DNA from: a virus
Length of the DNA stretch: 64,000 nt
Reading direction: 5' to 3' (one strand)
IMG/VR virus record: IMGVR_UViG_3300021440_000003
Coordinates: 1-64,000 of that record
Part shown: piece after piece, positions 1 to 7,704 of the stretch
Layout of the letters: every line of letters begins with the position of its first letter
Position numbering within the stretch: the stretch's first letter is position 1
Program-made: the position numbers and the translations under genes
Notes under the pieces: generated by a model
Databases searched by the model: none
What the model saw: only the letters and a program-made list of their open reading frames with translations
What the model was told of the DNA's origin: nothing

Positions 1-193
1 AAGCCTTCAGACCAAGCCAAGCAAGCCCAAACCAAGTCAAACCTCTACTGTCGAGACCCAAAAAACGCGCAGATGCAAGCTCATTTTGGCATCTTCCGAA
101 AATTAGCCTTGCCAAAAGGACGCTGTTTTACACAAAAAACTGTCATTTTGTAACAAGATGTAACGCTAAGTTGGGTTAGTACTCACTATCGAC

Positions 194-202
194 TTATCCA
201 CA
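194..202 (+). promoter_or_regulatory. Single perfect DnaA-box consensus TTATCCACA
   Basis: Exact 9-mer next to the IHF-like site; function not demonstrated. Confidence 0.35.
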
Positions 203-211
203 ACCCCCCTT

Positions 212-453
212 TATAAATCAACAACTTATTTGGATAAAGGTAGTAAGTCAGAGGTCAAAAATCGGAAAACAAAATAGTCAAATAGTTTGTTTTGATTCAA
301 GAAAACAGTGACTTAGAAGCCCAACTTTTGACTTCGGCAAGTGTTTTAGGGAAGAAAAGTCATTTTTTTTTCGTTCTGATTTCCCTCCTTATACGATTTT
401 TCAAAACACCTCTCGGATTTCCACTTGCTATCCACGTAAGTTGTTGATTTATA
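212..453. repeat. 17-bp perfect inverted repeat (212-228 / 437-453), each arm matching the IHF consensus WATCAANNNNTTR
   Basis: TATAAATCAACAACTTA at 212-228 and TAAGTTGTTGATTTATA at 437-453, in an AT-rich ORF-poor region. Confidence 0.75.
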
Positions 454-606
454 TAGACCCCCAAAAAAATCAAAAAATGCACCATTTTGGTGCATCGCCC
501 GATTTTCCTACCACACCCGACTTGCACTGTCAAGAAATTTTTGCTTCCTGACAGTTTCCTGTCATTTTTCACCCTATCTAGTATACTAGTATCGGGTACT
601 GACCCC

Positions 607-1158
607 ATGTTCACATCCAAAGTACCCCACTTGCACCCCGCCAACTACCACACAATCCTTACACTTGCCCAACGAACCAAGGGCAAACCCAACTACTCAA
701 AGAACCACAGACTGGTAATCACACCCACATCCGTGGAAGTGCTCTTGCATCACACCAACATCCTGATCTACCACAACGACAACACCCTCACCATAACCAA
801 TGGCGGGTGGGATACCCCTATGACCCGGGCATACCTGCGGGCTTACACGGACCACCCCCACCTTGCCCTGGACACACCCACCCGCATAACCCTCACCTCC
901 CCGGCCATCGTGCACCGGCCCAGATCCGACTTCACGAAGACAGTCCGATCCGCCAAAGTGCCCGAGGCCATGAAAGGGATGAGCCGACAATTCCAAGACG
1001 GCCCCTACTACCTGCGAAACCTTGCCCAACCCGTCACCAAAAGGAGCTACGCCTTACGACACCACTACCGAGACGCCTTCAAGCACAAGGAAGTGCCCTA
1101 TACCGGCCCTGAGATCTTCATGGGCGAACCGGGCTACATCCCGCTTACCCAAGCCTAA
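607..1158 (+). CDS. Hypothetical early phage protein
   Basis: ORF 487..1158; ATG at 607 preferred; contains ITNGGWDTPMTRAYL. Confidence 0.6.
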   Translation: MFTSKVPHLHPANYHTILTLAQRTKGKPNYSKNHRLVITPTSVEVLLHHTNILIYHNDNTLTITNGGWDTPMTRAYLRAYTDHPHLALDTPTRITLTSPAIVHRPRSDFTKTVRSAKVPEAMKGMSRQFQDGPYYLRNLAQPVTKRSYALRHHYRDAFKHKEVPYTGPEIFMGEPGYIPLTQA

Positions 1159-1178
1159 AACCCAAAAAGGAACCAACC

Positions 1179-1790
1179 ATGTCCGACCAACTCACCCCCG
1201 CCCAAGAAGCCCTTGCCGCCCCCTACGTGGCCAAATACACCGCCATTGGCCTGCGTACCACCCCCGAGAACACGCAAGACCGCACACTTGCAGCCAAGGC
1301 CGCTGAAGCCTTCTTGCGGGCTGACACCAACTTTGACCAGTCCCGCCCCTGCATCCACATCGACACCGCGTCCGACCCCGACCTCACACTTGCCCTCGGC
1401 CCCGACCACAAAGGCCAGGACATGAAGGCCATGTACATCGTGACCGGGACTTGGCCCCACTTGGTTGCCCTTGCCAAGAAATTCACAGGCAAGAACGACG
1501 TGTCAGACGCCTTCTGTGTCTCGCAGTACGCCGCCCACGCCCCGGCCCATGCCACCTTCATGCGGGACGTGCTTGGCGTCAAGGGCATTGACGTGCAGAC
1601 TGACGCCTTGGATGGCTTCTCTCGGCACTGCGGCGTCACCTTGATCTACGAAAAGGCCATCTTCGTTGGCGACCCACCTGTGGCCTTCAAGGAAACCGCC
1701 GATGGCAAGCTCGACCCGATCTACACGAACGCCGAGGCCCATCAAGCAGGCTTGACCACGCCTGAAGGCTTGCCCTTGGCCGATGCTTGA
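1179..1790 (+). CDS. DUF6745-like protein lacking the internal tetrapeptide-repeat region
   Basis: SD AAAGGA upstream; N-terminal LTPAQEALAAPYVAKYTAIGLRT and C-terminal FMRDVLGV...SRHCGVTLIYEKAIFVGDPP resemble the family's LTPEQ..W..I.LST and CGW..P.E.....RP segments (recalled, not searched). Confidence 0.6.
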   Translation: MSDQLTPAQEALAAPYVAKYTAIGLRTTPENTQDRTLAAKAAEAFLRADTNFDQSRPCIHIDTASDPDLTLALGPDHKGQDMKAMYIVTGTWPHLVALAKKFTGKNDVSDAFCVSQYAAHAPAHATFMRDVLGVKGIDVQTDALDGFSRHCGVTLIYEKAIFVGDPPVAFKETADGKLDPIYTNAEAHQAGLTTPEGLPLADA

Positions 1791-1990
1791 CACAACGCCC
1801 CACAGGACCGCCAAGAACGGCCTGTGGGCCTCCAAATGACCCTTGGCAAGCCCAAACCCCCATCCACCATCTCCAACCGCTGGCTGCCCCTTCCATGCGG
1901 CTCCACGCCCCAAGAGATGAACCCAGTCGGCAAGCGCATATTCGCCAGACTTGCCAAGCTGTGGAAAAAGCGAATCTAAAGGAACCCACC

Positions 1991-3025
1991 ATGTCCAAAC
2001 TCTCCATCGAACAATCCGCCCAAGCCATCCTTGCCTGCCCCGCTGTGACTTTCTCGCTCGAAGGCCCGCCCGGAGTCGGCAAAACTCACGGCATCTCCGC
2101 CCACTTGCGCGAAGCTGGCTACACCGTTCACATCATGCCTTGCCAGAACATCCCGGCCGAGGACACGGCAGCCTTGCCTGTGGTCAAGAAAAACGGGACT
2201 GTGGACTTCGCTACCCCCGAAATGTGGCACCCCGCACCCAAGACGGCCTTCATCCTTGACGAGTTGTGGAAAGCCCCGGACGACATTCTCAACGCCTTCT
2301 TGCCCATGGTGCACGGCTTTCCCCGCACCTACATGCACCATGAGTACCCCGAGGACACCATTGTTGTCGTGACCGGCAACGCTGCTGAGTTCCGTGTGGG
2401 AGACAAGTTCAAACCGCACATGGGCAACCGAGTGGTGTCCATCGAGGTGGATGACCCCACACTTGCCGAGGCCACGCAAGTCATGCTTGACCGGGGTGTG
2501 GATGCTCGCATCATCGAGTGGGTGCGTGTCAACCCGCAGGCTTTGAAGTCTTTTGATCCGCAGGCTCAGACGAGGCCCGAGACGGAGTTGATGAACTACT
2601 ACGGGTACGACCAGCGCCACCCCAAGCGCAAATTCTGCTCGATGCGCAGCTTGGAGCTTGCCTCCAACGTCATCAAGTCCGTGCCCGAGGGTGTGCGCCA
2701 GTCCTGCTTGCAAGGCGCGATCGGCCAGAAAGCCGCTTCCAACCTTGAACACTTCCTGCGCGAATCCGCAGAGTTCATCCCGCTTGCTGACATGGTGGAC
2801 GGGACCGCGAAAGTGCCCAAGCAACTGTTCGATCGACGGCTTGCTGCGATCACCGCAGCGTCCGGGCTTGACGAGAGCAACTGGAAGCAGCTGCTCAAGT
2901 ATGCGGAGCGACTTGGTTCGGAGTTGAAGCAAGTGTTCCTGCTGAACGCGAGCCGCAAGAAAGTGAGTGCCGACTTGCTGGTGAAGTCCCAGACGTGGCG
3001 AAACGAGCTTGCCGTGATTCTTTGA
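1991..3025 (+). CDS. MoxR-like AAA+ ATPase
   Basis: Walker A GPPGVGKT, Walker B FILDE, sensor VTGN, arginine finger MGNR; SD AAAGGA before ATG 1991; VWA partner downstream. Confidence 0.85.
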   Translation: MSKLSIEQSAQAILACPAVTFSLEGPPGVGKTHGISAHLREAGYTVHIMPCQNIPAEDTAALPVVKKNGTVDFATPEMWHPAPKTAFILDELWKAPDDILNAFLPMVHGFPRTYMHHEYPEDTIVVVTGNAAEFRVGDKFKPHMGNRVVSIEVDDPTLAEATQVMLDRGVDARIIEWVRVNPQALKSFDPQAQTRPETELMNYYGYDQRHPKRKFCSMRSLELASNVIKSVPEGVRQSCLQGAIGQKAASNLEHFLRESAEFIPLADMVDGTAKVPKQLFDRRLAAITAASGLDESNWKQLLKYAERLGSELKQVFLLNASRKKVSADLLVKSQTWRNELAVIL

Positions 3026-3028
3026 CGA

Positions 3029-3061
3029 AAGGAGGGCCGGGCGCAAGCCCGGCTTGCCATG
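3029..3061 (+). promoter_or_regulatory. SD - GNRA hairpin - ATG translation initiation element
   Basis: AAGGAGG (3029-3035), stem GCCGGGC-GCAA-GCCCGGC (3036-3053), 5-nt spacer, ATG 3059. Confidence 0.55.
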
Positions 3062-3211
3062 AGACTTGACAAGCCGAATGCTTATGTGTGGGACCAAGTG
3101 TGGGGCCAAGTGCTGGACCAAGTGTGGGACCGAGTGTGGGGCCAGGTGCGGGACCGAGTGCTGGACCAAGTGTGGGACCAAGTGCGGGAACGAATCAGGA
3201 GCAAACCATGA
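3059..3211 (+). CDS. VWDQ-repeat microprotein A1 (50 aa, MRLDKPNAYVWDQ...IRSKP)
   Basis: Hand-translated; stop overlaps the next start (ATGA). Confidence 0.7.
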   Translation: MRLDKPNAYVWDQVWGQVLDQVWDRVWGQVRDRVLDQVWDQVRERIRSKP

Positions 3212-3396
3212 AACTTGACAAGCCTGGTGCTTATGTGCGGGACCGAGTGCGGGGCCGAGTGTTGGACCAAGTGTGGGACCAAGTGTGGGGCCAAGTGCTG
3301 GACCAAGTGTGGGACCGAGTGTGGGGCCAGGTGCGGGACCGAGTGCTGGACCAAGTGTGGGACCAAGTGCGGAACCAAATCAGGAGCAAACCATGA
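3208..3396 (+). CDS. VWDQ-repeat microprotein A2 (62 aa)
   Basis: SD AGGAG, ATGA coupling, MKLDKPGAY...IRSKP. Confidence 0.7.
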   Translation: MKLDKPGAYVRDRVRGRVLDQVWDQVWGQVLDQVWDRVWGQVRDRVLDQVWDQVRNQIRSKP

Positions 3397-3628
3397 AACT
3401 TGACAAGCCTGGTGCTTATGTGCTGGGCCAAGTGTCGGTCCGAGTGCGGGACCAGTGCGGGACCGAGTGCGGGACCGAGTGCGGGACCAAGTGCGGGACC
3501 GAGTGCGGGACCGAGTACCGTACCAGATTCGGGACCGGGTGTGGGGCCAAGTGTCGGGCCGGGTGCTGGGCCAAGTATGGTACCCAGTGCGGGACCAAGT
3601 GCGGGACCGAACCAGGAGCAAGCCATGA
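3393..3628 (+). pseudogene. VWDQ-repeat microprotein A3 with a 1-nt deletion near 3453
   Basis: GACCAGTG instead of GACCAAGTG shifts into the CGTE/CGTK frame (stop 3635); repaired frame ends TRSKP* at 3628. Confidence 0.6.
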
Positions 3629-3800
3629 GACTTGACAACCCGAATGCTTATGTGCGGGACCACGTGTGGGACCAAGTGTCGTACCTAGTGTGGGACCAAG
3701 TGCGGGACCGAGTACCGTACCAGATTCGGGACCGAGTGTGGAACCAAGTGCGGGCCAAGTTATGTATATAGTGGTGGACCAAATCAATACCAAACCATGA
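3625..3800 (+). CDS. VWDQ-repeat microprotein A4 (48 aa to TAG 3771; 1-nt deletion near 3753, repaired frame ends INTKP* at 3800)
   Basis: MRLDNPNAYVRDHVWDQ...; SD AGGAG; ATGA coupling. Confidence 0.6.
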
Positions 3801-3943
3801 CACTATCCAACCCATACCGGCCCGGCCACTGGTCAGCGATGACAGCCCGTATCTACACCCTAAACAGTAACCTCTGGTTCTACACATCCCATCGCACATG
3901 GACCCCAGTGTGGGACCAAGTACGAGGACGAATATGTATCTAG
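3797..3943 (+). CDS. Diverged microprotein A5 (48 aa, MTLSNP...PVWDQVRGRICI)
   Basis: ATGA coupling; keeps a VWDQV unit near the C-terminus. Confidence 0.55.
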   Translation: MTLSNPYRPGHWSAMTARIYTLNSNLWFYTSHRTWTPVWDQVRGRICI

Positions 3944-4146
3944 GCGAACACAACAGGCACACCGTAGAACGGCTCAGCAGCAGAGTCTTATACGCATTGT
4001 TGGACATAGCGACCGATCAGATACCAAACCACGTGTGGAACCAATCCACCGAGATCACCTGGCAAGCCTGCTACCTAACAACCTCAACCATAAAAGCATC
4101 ATGTTTACTCAAGACGACCTCTCCAAACTCACAAAATCCCTCGTGA
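3934..4146 (+). CDS. Diverged microprotein A6 (70 aa, MYLGEH...HVWNQ...)
   Basis: Overlaps the end of A5; residual DQIPNHVWNQ. Confidence 0.45.
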   Translation: MYLGEHNRHTVERLSSRVLYALLDIATDQIPNHVWNQSTEITWQACYLTTSTIKASCLLKTTSPNSQNPS

Positions 4147-5324
4147 CCCGCTTGCCACACATCGAACCCTTCCTGTTCGTCATACCTATGCGTGTCCTCT
4201 CACCCGAGGAGTACCAAGCCAAGATCCCCGCCCACCTCCCGCAGACGGCGGCTTGCACCTCGACCGAGTTCCTGTTCCAGTCGGAGTTCATCGCCCAAGC
4301 CCCCGCCCCGCAGCAGCGCGGCTTGATCTTGCACGAGATTCTGCACGGTGCGTTGGAACACTTGTCCCATCCTTGGCGTGACAAGACGATCACCGAGGAG
4401 TCATTCTTCCGCTTGCGCAACATCGCCCAAGACGTGGTGGTGGAGAACTTCGTGGCAGAACTGTCCGAAGCCGACCAGCCGGGGGTTAAACCTGCCGACC
4501 GGTACATTCAGAACTTCATGCCCTTGCCCGACAGCTACGCCAAGTACAAGGGCTGGAACTGGCGTGATGTGTACGAGGACTTGCGCTCTCAAGCCGATGT
4601 GCAGCCCAACGATTCATTCGACCACCACGGATACGGGGACGACAACACCCCCGAGGCCGCGCAAGCCCGAGCCGAGGCCGAACGCTTGTGGAAGTCCGCC
4701 CAGAAAGCCTCCGAAGCCGCCCGCCAAGCACTGGCTGGAAACGCCCCCGGCATCGACAACATCGCTATCACAGCGGCTGCCGAGAAGGTGCGCTGGCAAG
4801 ACACCCTTGCTGACTTCCTGCAATCCATCCCCAGCCCCGAGCGCAAGACTTGGACCAAGGTGCGCCGCCGCCCCTTCTGCACACGCCAAGAGTACCGCCC
4901 GTCCAAGACCGGGGAGCAGCCCGCCCTTGACCACGTGTACCTGTTCGTTGACACGTCCGGCTCCATGCACGGAACCTTGGCCACTGTGGCCGCCGACATT
5001 CTTGGCCTGATGCGGGCCGTCCAAGTCAGCACACTGGAGATTGTGTATTACGACGTGGGGGTGCAGCGCCGGGACGTGATCGACTTCGACGACATGGAAG
5101 GCTACACCATCACCTCCATGCCCGGAGGCGGAGGCACTGCCGTGCGCCCTGCCATGGAAGAAGTGGTTGGCAGCCCCGACTACGTGCAAGGTGCTCCGTT
5201 CGTGGTGTTGACCGACGGATACGACGATTACAACATCGGCAGCTTGCCCACCGGCCCACTTGTCTGGCTGTCCTATGAGAAGCCCGTAAACAGTGACCGG
5301 GGTGTGTCCTTGCTGGTCAAGTGA
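4101..5324 (+). CDS. HEXXH metallopeptidase-like + VWA domain protein (DUF2201-like)
   Basis: LILHEILH and NIAQD in the N-terminal half; MIDAS DTSGS, GGGGT and VLTDG in the C-terminal half. Confidence 0.85.
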   Translation: MFTQDDLSKLTKSLVTRLPHIEPFLFVIPMRVLSPEEYQAKIPAHLPQTAACTSTEFLFQSEFIAQAPAPQQRGLILHEILHGALEHLSHPWRDKTITEESFFRLRNIAQDVVVENFVAELSEADQPGVKPADRYIQNFMPLPDSYAKYKGWNWRDVYEDLRSQADVQPNDSFDHHGYGDDNTPEAAQARAEAERLWKSAQKASEAARQALAGNAPGIDNIAITAAAEKVRWQDTLADFLQSIPSPERKTWTKVRRRPFCTRQEYRPSKTGEQPALDHVYLFVDTSGSMHGTLATVAADILGLMRAVQVSTLEIVYYDVGVQRRDVIDFDDMEGYTITSMPGGGGTAVRPAMEEVVGSPDYVQGAPFVVLTDGYDDYNIGSLPTGPLVWLSYEKPVNSDRGVSLLVK

Positions 5325-5331
5325 GGCTTAC

Positions 5332-5496
5332 ATGAGACTTGACAAGCCGGATAGAGAGGTGTGGGACCAAGTGCGGATTCCAGTGCGTATACAAGGGCGA
5401 TACCAATTGGTGCACCAAGTGTTGGACCAAGTGTGGGTCCAAGTGCGGGACCAAGTGTGGGACCAAGTGCTTGATAAACTAAGGAGTAAGCCATGA
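5332..5496 (+). CDS. VWDQ-repeat microprotein B1 (54 aa)
   Basis: MRLDKPDREVWDQ...LRSKP; GAGG SD. Confidence 0.7.
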   Translation: MRLDKPDREVWDQVRIPVRIQGRYQLVHQVLDQVWVQVRDQVWDQVLDKLRSKP

Positions 5497-5753
5497 GACT
5501 TGACAAGCCGAATAGTTGGGTGCTGGACCAAGTGTGGGTCCAAGTGCGGGACCAAGTGTGGGACCAAGTGCGGAACCAAGTGTGGGGCCAAGTGTGGGGC
5601 CAAGTGTGGGACCGAGTGTGGGGCCAAGTGCAGGGCCAAGTGTGGGACCGAGTGTGGGACCAAGTGCGGGGCCAAGTGCAGGACCAAGTGTGGGGCCAAG
5701 TGTGGGGCCGAGTGTGGGGCCGAGTATGGCCCCTAATTAGGAGCAAGCCATGA
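5493..5753 (+). CDS. VWDQ-repeat microprotein B2 (86 aa)
   Basis: SD AAGGAG, ATGA coupling, MRLDKPNSW...IRSKP. Confidence 0.75.
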   Translation: MRLDKPNSWVLDQVWVQVRDQVWDQVRNQVWGQVWGQVWDRVWGQVQGQVWDRVWDQVRGQVQDQVWGQVWGRVWGRVWPLIRSKP

Positions 5754-5848
5754 GACCTGACAAATCGGATGCTTATGTGCGGGGCCAAGTGCAGGGCCAA
5801 GTGTGGGTCCAAGTGTGGGACCGAATCGAAGGCAGGTATGAGACTTGA
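5750..5848 (+). CDS. VWDQ-repeat microprotein B3 (32 aa)
   Basis: [13 protein letters not shown]...IEGRYET; SD AGGAG. Confidence 0.6.
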   Translation: MRPDKSDAYVRGQVQGQVWVQVWDRIEGRYET

Positions 5849-6020
5849 CAAGCCGAATGCTTATGTGTGGGACCAAGTATGGTACCCAGTGCAGGACCTG
5901 GTGCGGGGCCAAGTGTGGTACCCAGTGTGGGGCCAAGTGCAGGACCAAGTGCAGGGCCAAGTGTGGGTCCACGTGCGGGTCCAAGTGTGGGACCGAATCG
6001 AAGGCAGGTATGAGACTTGA
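5838..6020 (+). CDS. VWDQ-repeat microprotein B4 (60 aa)
   Basis: MRLDKPNAYVWDQ...IEGRYET. Confidence 0.65.
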   Translation: MRLDKPNAYVWDQVWYPVQDLVRGQVWYPVWGQVQDQVQGQVWVHVRVQVWDRIEGRYET

Positions 6021-6102
6021 CAAATCGGATGCCCGAGTGCAGGACCTGGTGCGGGGCCAAGTGTGGGTCCAAGTGTCGGACCTAATCAGGAGCAAGCCAT
6101 GA
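6010..6102 (+). CDS. VWDQ-repeat microprotein B5 (30 aa)
   Basis: MRLDKSDARVQDL...IRSKP. Confidence 0.6.
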   Translation: MRLDKSDARVQDLVRGQVWVQVSDLIRSKP

Positions 6103-6251
6103 GACTTGGACACCGGAATCTGGCCTCATGGAGCAGACTAAGAAGCCAGATATTGAGTATATCCGGTGATCTATCGTGGAATAAATCATCTACATTTATA
6201 TGGTCAGACGTGTGGCTTAAAGTATGCAAACGACTCAATAGCAAACCATGA
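6099..6251 (+). CDS. Diverged microprotein B6 (50 aa, MRLGHR...VWLKVCKRLNSKP)
   Basis: SD AGGAG, ATGA coupling, conserved termini. Confidence 0.65.
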   Translation: MRLGHRNLASWSRLRSQILSISGDLSWNKSSTFIWSDVWLKVCKRLNSKP

Positions 6252-6405
6252 AACTGGAAAACCTTACGCTAACATCCACTTGTGGGACCTTATCCGATAC
6301 CCAGTTATGGAACAAGTTGCAGACAGCATCCGCTCGCAAGCCCGAACTTGCACTAGGTACCGGGTGATTAGTGTGGTGTGGCAGAAAGTATGGATACAAG
6401 TATGA
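6248..6405 (+). pseudogene. Diverged microprotein B7, apparent 1-nt deletion after MKL
   Basis: Repaired frame reads MKLGKPYANIHLWDL...VWQKVWIQV* and is ATGA-coupled at both ends. Confidence 0.5.
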
Positions 6406-7081
6406 TATGCGGTAAGGGCATAGGTAGACTTACTCATACCTTAGTTTGGCGTAAGGTACCAGATTTATCCATAGTACTACTATTCTTCAGGTCAATTGGC
6501 TCGCAAGTAGAGCAGAGGATATATGGAACTTCACTATCCCTATGATGGCATTTTCGGGCGTATATGGACAGGTATCCGTCTAGTTACACCTTACATGGTA
6601 CATTACCACGGGCAAAAACTGGTGCAATACCCCACGGCCGGAAGCGTATGGGCTATAACAAGGAGAGATCGTGGCACTTGGTAATCATTCACCAACGCCA
6701 ACAATCGACTCCTTTTGGAGTCGAGTATTAAGGCAGGTAGTGAGGCAAGTCCGTATCCCAAGGCGAAGTCAAGTATACGACCTTGTATCGGACAAGATAT
6801 TCTACGTGATAGCGGCAAAAATTCTATGACTCTAGGACAAAGCGACAGGGCGTACCTGTCATCCATCTTCTACGGTATTCGTGCAGCCACAACAACATTA
6901 GGCCGCGATCTAATTCAAGTCCCAATCTTCGCTAAATGCTTTCTAGGAGTTAAACATGAAACTAGGTAAATACAAACTGCCCATCGAGCTTTCATTCAGT
7001 GACCTACTGTACTGGTGGGAGCCGATGCTAGACTTGTCCCACGACCTGTACCACGCCAGCCTTAAAGGACTCAAGAAGTGA
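6402..7081 (+). CDS. Five further overlapping micro-ORFs B8-B12: 6402-6545, 6523-6684, 6671-6829, 6826-6969, 6956-7081 (41-53 aa)
   Basis: Hand-translated, gap-free tiling; starts MICGK, MELHY, MALGN (GTG, SD AAGGAG), MTLGQ, MKLGK (SD AGGAG). Confidence 0.55.
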
Positions 7082-7704
7082 GCAACGTATTTCGCCGCCT
7101 GCTGCTTGACCAACTCCAAGGCAGGGGCTATGGCAAGTACGACTTGGAGTGGAACGTACGCTGTGACTACTTCGACACTGACGAGGTGATGGCCTTGGCC
7201 GATGCTGAGAACATCATGGAAATCGACGTGGAACAACTGTGGGACGAGTCTGTCGAATCCGCCCGCGAAAGTATGGACAGTGACGACGGTTATCGGTCCT
7301 ACAGCCCCGCGACAGCAGCCCGCTACGGCTTGCCCTACCACGGCAAGCGCAAGTACAAGCGACATACGGACGAAATGGCCTACTACCCAGCAGGCAAGCC
7401 GGGCTGGATCTTGGTCAAGCCGTACGTTAACAGTCACTTCGACTGCAACTTTGAGCTCCAAGGGCGGCAAGGCAAACACCTTGTCCTGACCGAGTTCGAG
7501 GGCCACGAGTGTACTGACTTGGAGACCTCCATACAGGATGGTGTGGTATCCAACGAGTGGTGCCGCAACTTGCTTGCCATGCTTGAGGAGTGGGATGTAT
7601 GTTTTACGCCACAGAACGCTACTGAGCATGTGAAACACAACATGGTGTTTCGAGTAGAGCAGGACTACCAGCAGATGCTGGAGGAGTGGGAGGAGGCTTG
7701 GTGA
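7078..7704 (+). CDS. Hypothetical acidic protein
   Basis: 208-aa ORF, GTGA-coupled, SD AAAGGA. Confidence 0.75.
   Translation: MSNVFRRLLLDQLQGRGYGKYDLEWNVRCDYFDTDEVMALADAENIMEIDVEQLWDESVESARESMDSDDGYRSYSPATAARYGLPYHGKRKYKRHTDEMAYYPAGKPGWILVKPYVNSHFDCNFELQGRQGKHLVLTEFEGHECTDLETSIQDGVVSNEWCRNLLAMLEEWDVCFTPQNATEHVKHNMVFRVEQDYQQMLEEWEEAW

Larger units (their letters stand above)
3059..3800 (+). repeat. Tandem 12-bp repeat array 1 (consensus GTG TGG GAC CAA) organised in gene-sized cassettes
   Basis: Dozens of GTGYGGGRCCRA units punctuated by a conserved AGGAGCAARCCATGARACTTGACAA junction. Confidence 0.95.
5332..6102 (+). repeat. Tandem 12-bp repeat array 2
   Basis: Same 12-bp unit and junction as array 1; a duplicated ...GACCGAATCGAAGGCAGGTATGAGACTTGACAA junction near 5820-5851 and 5992-6023. 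Confidence 0.95.

Noticed and set aside
3086-6075. G-quadruplex or telomere-like function of GTGTGGG repeats
   Set aside because: G-runs are separated by 8-9 nt and often interrupted; the coding explanation fits better
3082-6113. Minus-strand and alternative-frame ORFs (PHLV, WSHT, GPSV, CGTK repeats)
   Set aside because: By-products of a stop-free 12-mer; only the VWDQ frame has SD sites and start/stop coupling
3059-6251. CRISPR array (conserved ~28-nt junctions separated by variable sequence)
   Set aside because: Intervals are about 60-230 bp, made of tandem 12-mers and read as ORFs; no unique fixed-length spacers and no cas genes
3059-7081. Diversity-generating retroelement as the source of cassette variation
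   Set aside because: No reverse transcriptase in the window, and differences are not confined to adenines
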